Source: Armatimonadota bacterium (GTDB lineage Bacteria > Armatimonadota > UBA5829). Taken from it: a stretch of DNA of 64,000 nucleotides. The notes under the pieces were generated by a model. That model worked only from the letters and a program-made list of their open reading frames with translations, had not been told where the DNA came from and made no database searches. Where the stretch lies: contig JBPOHN010000012.1 in the NCBI GenBank assembly GCA_052035525.1, forward strand, positions 16,489-80,488, written 5' to 3'. A program made the translations under genes and the position numbers. Shown here piece after piece: positions 39,971-48,554 of the stretch. Each line of letters begins with the position of its first letter. Within the stretch, counting starts at the first letter, position 1.

Positions 39971-39990
39971 ACAGCAATTACCGTGCCAGG
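39971..39990 (-). promoter_or_regulatory. sigma-54 promoter (internal, upstream of flg_new-flgE)
   Basis: minus strand reads CCTGGCACGGTAATTGCTGT: TGGCAC-N5-TTGC, GG-N10-GC; identical 20-mer to flgB promoter. Confidence 0.7.
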
Positions 39991-39994
39991 CTGC

Positions 39995-40597
39995 CTAGCT
40001 CACCCTGGTGATGCTGCCTAGAGGCAGTTCCTTGTCACCGATCATAAGCGTCGGGCCGCTCGCATAGAGCTTGACCGCGCCGACTTGCCCGGTCATCTTT
40101 TCACCCGTTTGGGGGTCGGCGTACTCAACGGTCCTGCCGATCATGGTGATCGCGTGCGTGGCAGCGTTGGTCAGGAGGCCATTGTCCACTCCGACGATGT
40201 CACTCAGCGTCACTTCCGTAGTGCCGATCACCAGCACCGGACCTTCGCTCGTGAGCTTAACGGAATCGATCGTGCCTTGCAGTACGTCACTAGTTCGTGG
40301 ATCGAGGTAGTGCACGCTCTTCCCGATCATCTCCATCGCCTGTGTTGCAGCATAGCTCAAGGCCATGTTGTCAAGCCCTGTAGCCATCTTGCTGGTCTGT
40401 TCCAACGCAGAGAACTGCGCAAGCTGCGCGATGAACTCCTTATCATCCATCGTGTTCAACGGGTCCTGTGACCTCAACTGGGTTATGAGAAGCTTCAGGA
40501 AAGCATCACGATCCAGGGCATTAGTCCCCGCCTTCCTGTCCGTAGTCTGATAGACTGAATCGGTGCCTGTCACTCCTGTTACCGGCATTGATGTCAC
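39995..40597 (-). CDS. flgD: flagellar hook assembly protein FlgD
   Basis: DRDAFLKLLITQLRSQDPLNTMDDKEFIAQLAQFSALEQ. Confidence 0.9.
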   Translation of the reverse strand: MTSMPVTGVTGTDSVYQTTDRKAGTNALDRDAFLKLLITQLRSQDPLNTMDDKEFIAQLAQFSALEQTSKMATGLDNMALSYAATQAMEMIGKSVHYLDPRTSDVLQGTIDSVKLTSEGPVLVIGTTEVTLSDIVGVDNGLLTNAATHAITMIGRTVEYADPQTGEKMTGQVGAVKLYASGPTLMIGDKELPLGSITRVS

Positions 40598-40609
40598 CTC
40601 CTTTCGCTG

Positions 40610-42019
40610 CTATGCCAGCCAGCTATAGCCGGCTGTTAGTGCTCGGCTTCCGCTCGCCGCAGCCAACAGTTCCGGCGGCATCTCCTGAGTCTGTCCGGCG
40701 AATGCTACGGCCGGCGCGAACCGCGGTGACTGCCACGTCTGCTGCTGCCTTTGGGCCTGGGCTCCGAAGTCGGTTCCCGATGACACGGAGAACTCACTTA
40801 TCTCCACGCCCGCGCTCGAGAGCGCCTCTTTCAGTGCGGGAAGATGCGTCTCCAGGATGCCTCTGACCACGGCGTTCGAGCTTTCGAGCTGAGTCGTCAG
40901 CACGCCTGATTGACTGGTCACGCTGACTCTCAACGTTCCCAACTCAGGCGGGTCGAGCCGAATGCTCAGAGTAGTGTTGTCGCCGAGTCTGCTCAGGGTT
41001 ACTCCCTTCACGATCTGGCTCACCATCTTCTCTGCGAGTGTCGGGTCCGCCTGCGGAGCGTGTGCAGATGCTGTCTGCTGCACCTGTCGCACCTGCTCAG
41101 ATGCGAACTGCGCCTTCATCTCGACTCCGAACGCTTGCTGACCGCGGTTGGCAGCCGGCACGTCGTTCGCTTCCGGCTGACTTACGCCGTGGTTGGCGAA
41201 CTGGAGGTTGTCCTCTGGTCCACCATCGGATGACGCTGATATCGTCACCGTTTCCGCAGGCTGCCATTCGACTTGAATGCGCGTGCCCGTGTCGGCAGGC
41301 TCCTGCCTATCGGCTCTGCTGTTTCCGGCTACTGCGGATGCCGCAGCGTTGTTAGTGGGCTTTGCCGAGCCTCCGGACGAGGCATCGTCCGTAATGGGGA
41401 GAACCTCCCCGCTTCGGGCATTCCTCCCCATAGGATTGAGCCTTGCCGCCACTATCCGGGCAGCGATCTCGCTCTCGGGCTTAGCAGCCTCAGGCAGCGG
41501 TTGTGGCTCCACCTGAACCGTCATCTCCTGCAGAGCTTCGATAGTCGCCTGCTTGTCCGTTGCCGGAGCCGGCGGTGGCTCGGCCTGAGCCTCGGGCGTA
41601 GTCTCCCCAACCGCAGCGACCTGTTCGGACGCATCGGTCTCGGGAATGGCTTGCTGTACGGTTCTGTCAGAAACCGTCGTCTGAGCCTGTGTCGGGTTTG
41701 CGCCCTCAGCTTCGGCTTCCGCCTCAGCGGAAGTCTGGTCGAGTTGAGGCTGCACTTGAGCCTGCACTTCCATTAGTGGAAGCCCGACCATCATCACGGG
41801 CACAGCTTGCGCATCGGCATCCTGAGGCGCCTCGGCATCGGCGTTCTCGACCGATTGCGCAGGTACTGCCGTCTGGTGGCCCACCTGTCCGGTGGCGCCG
41901 GAATCGCCGGAAGTCGCACCCGCCAGCACAGCGAAGAAGTCGCCCGCCTGCTGGTCGGTCTTAGCGCCTCCCTCCACTATCGGAGCCTGGGGCGCTTCAG
42001 CTATGCAATCAACCATCAT
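40610..42019 (-). CDS. fliK: flagellar hook-length control protein FliK
   Basis: long Q/A/E/P-rich region, C-terminal FliK domain (TLSIRLDPPELGTLRVSV...). Confidence 0.85.
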   Translation of the reverse strand: MMVDCIAEAPQAPIVEGGAKTDQQAGDFFAVLAGATSGDSGATGQVGHQTAVPAQSVENADAEAPQDADAQAVPVMMVGLPLMEVQAQVQPQLDQTSAEAEAEAEGANPTQAQTTVSDRTVQQAIPETDASEQVAAVGETTPEAQAEPPPAPATDKQATIEALQEMTVQVEPQPLPEAAKPESEIAARIVAARLNPMGRNARSGEVLPITDDASSGGSAKPTNNAAASAVAGNSRADRQEPADTGTRIQVEWQPAETVTISASSDGGPEDNLQFANHGVSQPEANDVPAANRGQQAFGVEMKAQFASEQVRQVQQTASAHAPQADPTLAEKMVSQIVKGVTLSRLGDNTTLSIRLDPPELGTLRVSVTSQSGVLTTQLESSNAVVRGILETHLPALKEALSSAGVEISEFSVSSGTDFGAQAQRQQQTWQSPRFAPAVAFAGQTQEMPPELLAAASGSRALTAGYSWLA

Positions 42020-42057
42020 TTCACCTCCTTTCTATCTCAGCGTTAGCTTACATTGCG

Positions 42058-42084
42058 CGGCGGCCGGTCTCCCCTCGGCCGCCG
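42058..42084 (-). other. intra-operon hairpin between SLT gene and fliK (CGGCGGCCG-N9-CGGCCGCCG)
   Basis: 9-bp perfect GC stem. Confidence 0.45.
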
Positions 42085-42088
42085 AACA

Positions 42089-42709
42089 CTACTTGCCGTT
42101 CCGGATATCGCTCAGGTATCCCATCACACGTGACACGTAGTTCCTCGTCTCGTTGAATGGAGGAACTCCGCCATATTTGACTACGTTGCCCGGGCCGGCA
42201 TTGTAGGCTGCCAGGGCCAGCTCAGTGCTTCCAAACCGATCGATCTGTGACTTGAGATAACGCGTGCCCGCCTCGATGTTCTGCGCCGGGTCGAACGGAT
42301 CTGACACACCCAGTGAGGCTGCGGTCGCCGGCATTAGCTGCATCAAGCCCTGCGCCCCGGCTCGGGAAACCGCGTTGGGCTTGAGGCTGGACTCGGCCTT
42401 CACGACGGCCATTACGAGATCGGGGTCGAGGCCGTTCTTGCTGGCGGCCTCCTCGATGATGGCCTCGTAGTCCGACCTATCAGGCTCGGGCGCATCCTCA
42501 CTCTCACGGAGCGCCAGAGCGAGTTCCTTCGGGAAGTAAGGCTGGACCTGGGGGGCACCTGCAACACGATGACTCTGTTTGGCTGCCGGCACCTGAGGCG
42601 GCGGGGCCTCGACGTGTGGGGCAAAAGTCTTGAGCTTGCTCTCGATCGCCGCCACGCGCTGCTGTACTGCATGGACATTCGCAAAGAGGATTGATGCTAC
42701 GTCTCTCAT
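42089..42709 (-). CDS. soluble lytic transglycosylase (SLT domain) protein embedded in flagellar operon
   Basis: start MRDVASIL overlapping fliJ stop; SLT motifs ES..GAQGLMQLMP, AGTRYL, AYNAGPGNV. Confidence 0.8.
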   Translation of the reverse strand: MRDVASILFANVHAVQQRVAAIESKLKTFAPHVEAPPPQVPAAKQSHRVAGAPQVQPYFPKELALALRESEDAPEPDRSDYEAIIEEAASKNGLDPDLVMAVVKAESSLKPNAVSRAGAQGLMQLMPATAASLGVSDPFDPAQNIEAGTRYLKSQIDRFGSTELALAAYNAGPGNVVKYGGVPPFNETRNYVSRVMGYLSDIRNGK

Positions 42710-43152
42710 GCCACACCTCTCGCGTATCTCACCGACGCCGTATCGTCCAGTTCGTTCTGCTCCTGCCTTGCGCACGCAAGCTCGTACTCGCGGCGCTGCC
42801 TATCGTGTAGCTGCTCAAGGACCTTGCGCTCCCTGGCAGCCTCGATCACCTCGACCAGCTTCTCGTCAATCCGTCTCTGAGCCGCCGCCACATTCAGCTC
42901 CTGCAGCCCGATATCGTCGCCGAGTGTCTTGCAGTGCTCGTCGCCGTTCGCCAGGTCCCACGGGCTCGCCCCGTGTGCCGCAAGGTGGACAAGCGCCTCG
43001 CACGCGCGCTCGCGCGCCCGGTTCAGGTCTCTCAGCTTCCGTTCTTCCAGCAGTTTTTCGTGCTGCAGCGCCGCAAGCTCGCCGAGGAGCATCTTCTCTA
43101 TGTCTCTGCGATGGTCCAGCAGCACCTGGAGCCTGAAGCGAAACCTCTTCAT
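42706..43152 (-). CDS. fliJ: flagellar export protein FliJ
   Basis: 148 aa coiled-coil, follows fliI. Confidence 0.75.
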   Translation of the reverse strand: MKRFRFRLQVLLDHRRDIEKMLLGELAALQHEKLLEERKLRDLNRARERACEALVHLAAHGASPWDLANGDEHCKTLGDDIGLQELNVAAAQRRIDEKLVEVIEAARERKVLEQLHDRQRREYELACARQEQNELDDTASVRYARGVA

Positions 43153-44483
43153 TCACCCTCACCAAACATCCTGACCAGCGAGTCGACAGTGGTCGCAAAC
43201 GGGGCAGGGTCGTCCACGCTCTGCTTCAAGAACGCATTGACCTCGTCGATCTTGGACTTCGCGTAGTCGATCTTAGGATTGCTGCCATCGGCATAGGCGC
43301 CGATGTTGATCAGGTCCTCTGCCGACTTGTAAGTAGAGAGCACGTCCCGCATCGTCCCCGCGGCTTCCTTGTGCTCGTCTGAAGCAACCTCGGGCATCAA
43401 TCGGCTGACGCTGGCAAGCACATCGATGGCCGGATAGTGGTTCTGCGCCGCAAGCGCGCGGCTGAGAACGATGTGGCCGTCGAGGATACCTCTGACCGTA
43501 TCCGCCACCGGCTCGTTCATATCATCGCCCTCAACCAGCACCGTATACAGGCCGGTTATCGATCCCGTGTCCGATGTTCCGGACCGCTCCAGCAAACTCG
43601 GAAGCACGGCGAAGACCGAGGGAGTATAGCCCCTCGTTGTCGGCGGCTCGCCGGTTGCCAGACCTATCTCTCTTTGCGCCCAGGCCACGCGCGTAACTGA
43701 GTCCATCATCAGCATCACGTTCAGGCCGCAGTCGCGGAAGTATTCCGCGATCGAGCTGGCCACCTGGGCCCCTCGCAGCCTTGCGACCGCTACCTGATCC
43801 GATGTTGCGACAACCACTACAGAACGTCGCAGTCCAGCCTCGCCGAGGTCCTTCTCCAGGAAATCGCGCACCTCACGGCCGCGCTCTCCGATGAGCGCGA
43901 TCACGTTGACGTCGGCCGCCGTGTTTCGGGCGATCATGCCAAGCAGCGTGCTCTTGCCGACGCCGCTGCCGGCAAAGATCCCGACCCTCTGGCCGGAACC
44001 AAGGGTCAGCAGTCCATCCAGCGCCCTTACGCCCACAGCCAGGGGTTCTTTGATGCGCCTGCGGCTGAGCGGGTGCGGCGGACTGCCGAGGACGCTGACC
44101 TCCGCCTCGAAGTCCAGTGGGCCTTTGCCATCCAGCGGTCTGCCCAGCCCGTCCAGTACACGGCCGAGCAGCGACTGCCCGACCCTGACCTTGAGCGGCG
44201 ATCCGGTAGCGACGACTTCGTTTCCCAGCCCGACCTCGCTCAGGTTTCCGAACGGCATCAGAAGCGCGCGGTCCTCGCGGAATCCCACGACCTCAGCGAG
44301 AAGCGGTCCGGCGTTCCTGCTGTGATAGATCTCGCATATCTCGCCTATGCGGGCGGCGGGGCCATGCGACTCGACAAGTACGCCTACCACCTGGGTGACA
44401 CGCCCATTCATCTTGAGAGCGTTGGTGCGCTTCAAGACGGTACTATATTTGCTCAGGTCCAGGGTCGGCGTCTGCGTCGTCAC
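43149..44483 (-). CDS. fliI: flagellum-specific ATPase FliI
   Basis: Walker A GSGVGKST, T3SS ATPase family; start may be internal Met. Confidence 0.95.
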   Translation of the reverse strand: MTTQTPTLDLSKYSTVLKRTNALKMNGRVTQVVGVLVESHGPAARIGEICEIYHSRNAGPLLAEVVGFREDRALLMPFGNLSEVGLGNEVVATGSPLKVRVGQSLLGRVLDGLGRPLDGKGPLDFEAEVSVLGSPPHPLSRRRIKEPLAVGVRALDGLLTLGSGQRVGIFAGSGVGKSTLLGMIARNTAADVNVIALIGERGREVRDFLEKDLGEAGLRRSVVVVATSDQVAVARLRGAQVASSIAEYFRDCGLNVMLMMDSVTRVAWAQREIGLATGEPPTTRGYTPSVFAVLPSLLERSGTSDTGSITGLYTVLVEGDDMNEPVADTVRGILDGHIVLSRALAAQNHYPAIDVLASVSRLMPEVASDEHKEAAGTMRDVLSTYKSAEDLINIGAYADGSNPKIDYAKSKIDEVNAFLKQSVDDPAPFATTVDSLVRMFGEGE

Positions 44484-45132
44484 CCGTAGCCTCCAAAAGC
44501 GCTCTTTCGATCTCGGACAACTGGCTGCTCACTCTCGCATCCAGGCTTCCGCTCTTTGACTCAACAATACAGCCGCCGCGATCGACGCGGCGGTCCTCGA
44601 TGATTTCGATCTCTCTTATTCCGCCCGCCGATACCTTCATCGCGTCGCGGTGCTGCCTGATCAGTTCCGCGTCTTGCGGGCTGACACGAAGCGATATCGA
44701 GTCCCTGTCAGGAAGCTGCAGCAGTGCGAGTCTGACGATCTCCAGCACTGCCTCGGGCTTCGACTCCAGCTCGTGTCTGAGTATCTTCTCGGCAATCTCC
44801 ACCGAAAGCTTAACTAGTTGTGGTTCGATCCCGCTGAAAAACCTCTCGCGCTCCTCGCGCAGCTCGGCCATAAGGGTCTGCAGTTGGTCTATCGATTGCC
44901 GATACTCCTGCGCGGCACGCTGCAAGCCCTCTTCGTAGCCGCGGTCGATGGCGCTGCGACGAAGCTGCTCCGCCTCAGCGCGGGCTGTGCTTACCAGCGC
45001 CTCGGCTTCGGCAACTGCTTCGTCCAGGGGTGTGGCACGACTGGTTTCCGGGGGGCGGTGCGGATCCAGCAAATAGACCTGCCCCGGCGCAGTGGGGCCA
45101 GGCGAGCCGGAAAGCTTCAGAACACAACTCAA
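44443..45132 (-). CDS. fliH: flagellar assembly protein FliH
   Basis: FliH/YscL-like coiled-coil; fliG-fliH-fliI context. Confidence 0.75.
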   Translation of the reverse strand: MSCVLKLSGSPGPTAPGQVYLLDPHRPPETSRATPLDEAVAEAEALVSTARAEAEQLRRSAIDRGYEEGLQRAAQEYRQSIDQLQTLMAELREERERFFSGIEPQLVKLSVEIAEKILRHELESKPEAVLEIVRLALLQLPDRDSISLRVSPQDAELIRQHRDAMKVSAGGIREIEIIEDRRVDRGGCIVESKSGSLDARVSSQLSEIERALLEATGDDADADPGPEQI

Positions 45133-45689
45133 TGCTTCCCCTCCATCTGTGACGAGCGCTGCTGCGCAATCAGGGCGGCCACTCTGTCCTGCGCCTCTTC
45201 GATCTCGCGCAGCTTGACCGCGCCGATTTGCTCCATCTCGCGCTTGAGCGACTCGGCTTCCAGAGTAGTGAGATTGGCGAAGATCGCTTGCTTGATATCA
45301 TTGCCGGCGGCCTTCAGTGCGAGGCACAGGGTCCGGTGGTCAAGCGCACTCAGAACCGCCTTCATAGCCTCACCATCCAGCCCCGCAAGATCCTCGAAGG
45401 ATGTCCGCGGCTGTTCAGTCTCCAGCATGGAGTCGACCAGTTCGGCGGCGTAGTTGCGAGAAAGCGCTGGTTCCCTGGCTGCCAGCGCCTTAGCGCGGCA
45501 GAACTCCTCCAGCACGGCGGCCTGCGTCTCGGGGTCCACCTTTCGCAGTGCGATGATCCCGGCAGAGAGCTTCTTGATCTGGTCGCGGTCGAGGTGCTTG
45601 AAAACCTCCGCCGACCTGGCCGTTCCCAGGCTTACCATCAGCACGGCAGCCTTCTCTATTCCACTCATCTCGGTAGTAGCTACAGGCAT
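45129..45689 (-). CDS. short FliG-like protein (FliG N-domain + C-domain, middle domain absent)
   Basis: 186 aa at canonical fliF-fliG-fliH slot; IEKAAVLMVSLGTARSAEVFKHL (FliG-N) and FEDLAGLDGEAMKAVL...IKQAIFANL (FliG-C). Confidence 0.7.
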   Translation of the reverse strand: MPVATTEMSGIEKAAVLMVSLGTARSAEVFKHLDRDQIKKLSAGIIALRKVDPETQAAVLEEFCRAKALAAREPALSRNYAAELVDSMLETEQPRTSFEDLAGLDGEAMKAVLSALDHRTLCLALKAAGNDIKQAIFANLTTLEAESLKREMEQIGAVKLREIEEAQDRVAALIAQQRSSQMEGKH

Positions 45690-45726
45690 CTTGTGCCTCC
45701 TTCGCGGCTGTGCAGTTGCGGGAGCG

Positions 45727-47292
45727 TCAGTTCTTCTCCGCCATCCACGCCTTCACGACACTGGCGACCTCATCCGGATTTGTCTTCACCAGTTCCTGGA
45801 CATAGGTCTCGGACGTGGAAGCACGGATCGGCTCCGGAGCCGGAGGTTCGCCGCCTTCGTACGCTTTGTTGATCACGTCGGCCGCGTTGTCCAGCGTAGG
45901 CAGTGGCGCCGGCGTGGGGGCGCTCGATTGGAACCTGATTGACTTGAAGAGCGATCTGACGAAGAGCAGGAAGACTATCAACAGCGCTACGGCAGCCCCG
46001 TTCCTGGCTATCGCCTTGATCATCTCGTTCCTGTTCGCTGCCGCGATTTCGGATCGTTCCTTCTTCTCGCCGGAACGATCGAACGCAACGCTTGCAACCG
46101 TGATCACGTCGCCCTTGGTCTCGTCGATCCCGACGGCTGCCTTCACGGTCTCGCGGATCGAGGCCATCTTGCTTGCGCCGACAGCCTTGTCAAGCATCAC
46201 CGCCACGGAAAGTCTGTCGACCTGGCCGGGCGAGGATACAACGCGCTCCGTGCTGCGAGTGACTTCATACTTGTTGCTCGTTTCGGTGTGCACATAGTCG
46301 GAGTTGGCCGAAGCCGGCGTTCTGGGTCTGCCCTCGGTGACGCTAACGACGCCCCTTGCCTTGCTGGCTGCGCCGTTGTATGACTCGCTCACGGTATCCT
46401 CGGCAACCAGGACGCCCTTGCCATCGGCTCCAGGGGTGATTTCCTCTTTGGTGGTTTCCTTGTGATCGAAGTTCATCTTCGCACTCACCCGCACCACGGA
46501 CTTGCCGGGGCCGATGATGTTGTCGAGCATAGACTGAATGTCGCGCTGCAACTGCCGCTCGTAGTCGCGCTTGAGACGGACCTGCGTAGCGGTCAAGCGG
46601 GCAGAGAGTCCACCGGAGTCCCCGGTTGCTTCGGAGAGCATATTCGCGTTAGTATCGGTGACAGTGACGTTCTCCGGTTTGAGGCCCTCGACCGAAGAGG
46701 CAACGAGCCGCACAATGCCTGCCACCTGATCGTCGCCCAGGGCCGTCCCGCGCTTGAGCCGGAGTATGACGGATGCCTTGGCCTCCTCCTGCTTGTCCGT
46801 GTAGAGCCGGTCCTCGGGCTGCGTCAGATGCACCCTCGCGTCCTCGACTTGAGCGAGTTGGCTGATTGTACGGGTAAGCTCGCCCTGCAGGGCCTGGAGA
46901 TAGGTGACCTTCTGGTTGAACTCGGACATGCCGAAGTTGGCCTTGTTAAACACCTCAAAACCCACCGTCCCGCCCGCGGGCAGGCCCTGTGTGACCATCT
47001 TCAGCCTCAGATCGTAGACCTGGTTCGAGGGCACCTTGATCGTCCCACCGTCAGCGGACAGATCGTAGGGGACCTTCAGGTCGCGCAGCCGGTCCGCGAT
47101 GGCAGCGGCGTCGGCCGGTTGCAGATTCGAGAACAGGGTGGACATTGAAGGTCGCATGCCGATCATCGACACGACCACGACGATGACAATCGAGATGGCG
47201 ACAACACTGGCGACAACCAGTTTCTGGGTGTTGCTGAGGTTGTTCCAGGTTTCCTTCAGAGCCGCTAATGCACCGGTATTTGCGTTATCCAT
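45727..47292 (-). CDS. fliF: flagellar MS-ring protein FliF
   Basis: 521 aa, FliF/YscJ family. Confidence 0.95.
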   Translation of the reverse strand: MDNANTGALAALKETWNNLSNTQKLVVASVVAISIVIVVVVSMIGMRPSMSTLFSNLQPADAAAIADRLRDLKVPYDLSADGGTIKVPSNQVYDLRLKMVTQGLPAGGTVGFEVFNKANFGMSEFNQKVTYLQALQGELTRTISQLAQVEDARVHLTQPEDRLYTDKQEEAKASVILRLKRGTALGDDQVAGIVRLVASSVEGLKPENVTVTDTNANMLSEATGDSGGLSARLTATQVRLKRDYERQLQRDIQSMLDNIIGPGKSVVRVSAKMNFDHKETTKEEITPGADGKGVLVAEDTVSESYNGAASKARGVVSVTEGRPRTPASANSDYVHTETSNKYEVTRSTERVVSSPGQVDRLSVAVMLDKAVGASKMASIRETVKAAVGIDETKGDVITVASVAFDRSGEKKERSEIAAANRNEMIKAIARNGAAVALLIVFLLFVRSLFKSIRFQSSAPTPAPLPTLDNAADVINKAYEGGEPPAPEPIRASTSETYVQELVKTNPDEVASVVKAWMAEKN

Positions 47293-47329
47293 TTATCAAT
47301 AACCCACACTCCGTTGTCGGTTGATCTTG

Positions 47330-47638
47330 CTATAGCTGCGTTCGCATAATTTCCTGATAGGCTTCGACTACCTTGTTTCTGACCTGCACCGTGAACTGCA
47401 TTGCGATACTCGCCTTCTGCATTGCAATCATTGCCTGATGCACGTCTTCGATGTTACCGGTCGCCAGTTGGGCGGCGGCCTTGTCAGCCTGGATTTGCAG
47501 GCCGTTGACCTCACGGACCGCGCTGCGCAGAGTGGCGCCGAACGAGTTGGGGCCGCCTGCGGACTGCGGCTTCGCTGTTGTGGCTGGCCCGGTTATCTCA
47601 GGCCGGGTGATGCCCGTGCTAATCGGATTGATTCTCAT
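47330..47638 (-). CDS. fliE: flagellar hook-basal body protein FliE
   Basis: 102 aa FliE family. Confidence 0.85.
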   Translation of the reverse strand: MRINPISTGITRPEITGPATTAKPQSAGGPNSFGATLRSAVREVNGLQIQADKAAAQLATGNIEDVHQAMIAMQKASIAMQFTVQVRNKVVEAYQEIMRTQL

Positions 47639-47640
47639 CG

Positions 47641-48051
47641 TTAAGCCCTACCTAGCTCCAGAGCCGCATTGAACATGGCCTTCGCGGCGTTCATCGCAGT
47701 AACGTTGGCCTCATACGACCGCGTGGCGGCGGTCATATTGACCATTTCCTCGATGATGTTCACGTTCGGCATCGCCACGTATCCGTCCGGTCTTGCATCG
47801 GGATGGCCGGGATCGTAGACCATTCTGGCCGGGGTCGGATCGGGTTCTATGGACTCGACCCGCACTCCGGCGCCAATCCTCAGCTGGTCGTCAAGGGCCT
47901 CTTGAAACGTTACATGCCGCCGGACGTAGGGTCCGCCCTCGGGCGTGCGCGTGGTCTCAGCGTTCGCGATGTTGTTTGCGATCACGTCCAAACGTGTCCG
48001 CTGGGCAAAAAGTCCCGTTGCGCTTATATCGAATGAGGAAAAAGCACCCAT
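47641..48051 (-). CDS. flgC: flagellar proximal rod protein FlgC
   Basis: LDVIANNIANAETTRTPEGGPY. Confidence 0.95.
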   Translation of the reverse strand: MGAFSSFDISATGLFAQRTRLDVIANNIANAETTRTPEGGPYVRRHVTFQEALDDQLRIGAGVRVESIEPDPTPARMVYDPGHPDARPDGYVAMPNVNIIEEMVNMTAATRSYEANVTAMNAAKAMFNAALELGRA

Positions 48052-48061
48052 TAGCTATCCC

Positions 48062-48442
48062 CTACCTTCCGTTGATGACGTATCTGAGAATCGAGCCTTT
48101 GAGCTCCAGCAGCGTGGTGGCTGCCCTATAGGAAAGACCGGTCTTCGTGAGGTCGGCCATTTCTTTGTCGATGTTCACGTTGTTTCCGTCCGGCCTCTCG
48201 GGGCTTTGCATGTCCATCTGCACCGTCGGCTTCAGCTCGTGGAGCTTCTTCTTCGCCGCCGCAGTGGGCCTGGTGGCCAGAGCCGCGCTCAGGTCACTTT
48301 CGAAGTTGACCTCCGAACGATGGAAGCCGGGTGTTTCGGCGTTGGCGATGTTGTTGGCGATGACTTTCTGTCGCCTCGCCAGCCCATCCAGCGCGCGGCC
48401 CAGAGCGATTCCCGTCTTGTCGGTGAAAAGATCGATGAGCAT
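48062..48442 (-). CDS. flgB: flagellar proximal rod protein FlgB
   Basis: QKVIANNIANAETPGF; GGAGG RBS. Confidence 0.95.
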   Translation of the reverse strand: MLIDLFTDKTGIALGRALDGLARRQKVIANNIANAETPGFHRSEVNFESDLSAALATRPTAAAKKKLHELKPTVQMDMQSPERPDGNNVNIDKEMADLTKTGLSYRAATTLLELKGSILRYVINGR

Positions 48443-48489
48443 AGCTCAACCTCCAGAAATGCAGAGCATTCCTCTTCGGACGCGAGCTA

Positions 48490-48509
48490 ACAGCAATTAC
48501 CGTGCCAGG
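48490..48509 (-). promoter_or_regulatory. sigma-54 promoter of flgB operon
   Basis: minus strand CCTGGCACGGTAATTGCTGT, perfect -24/-12, ~50 nt upstream of flgB ATG. Confidence 0.75.
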
Positions 48510-48554
48510 TGGGTCTGGAGTATGTGTGGGCGGAAAGGATGCGGCACGAAATGC

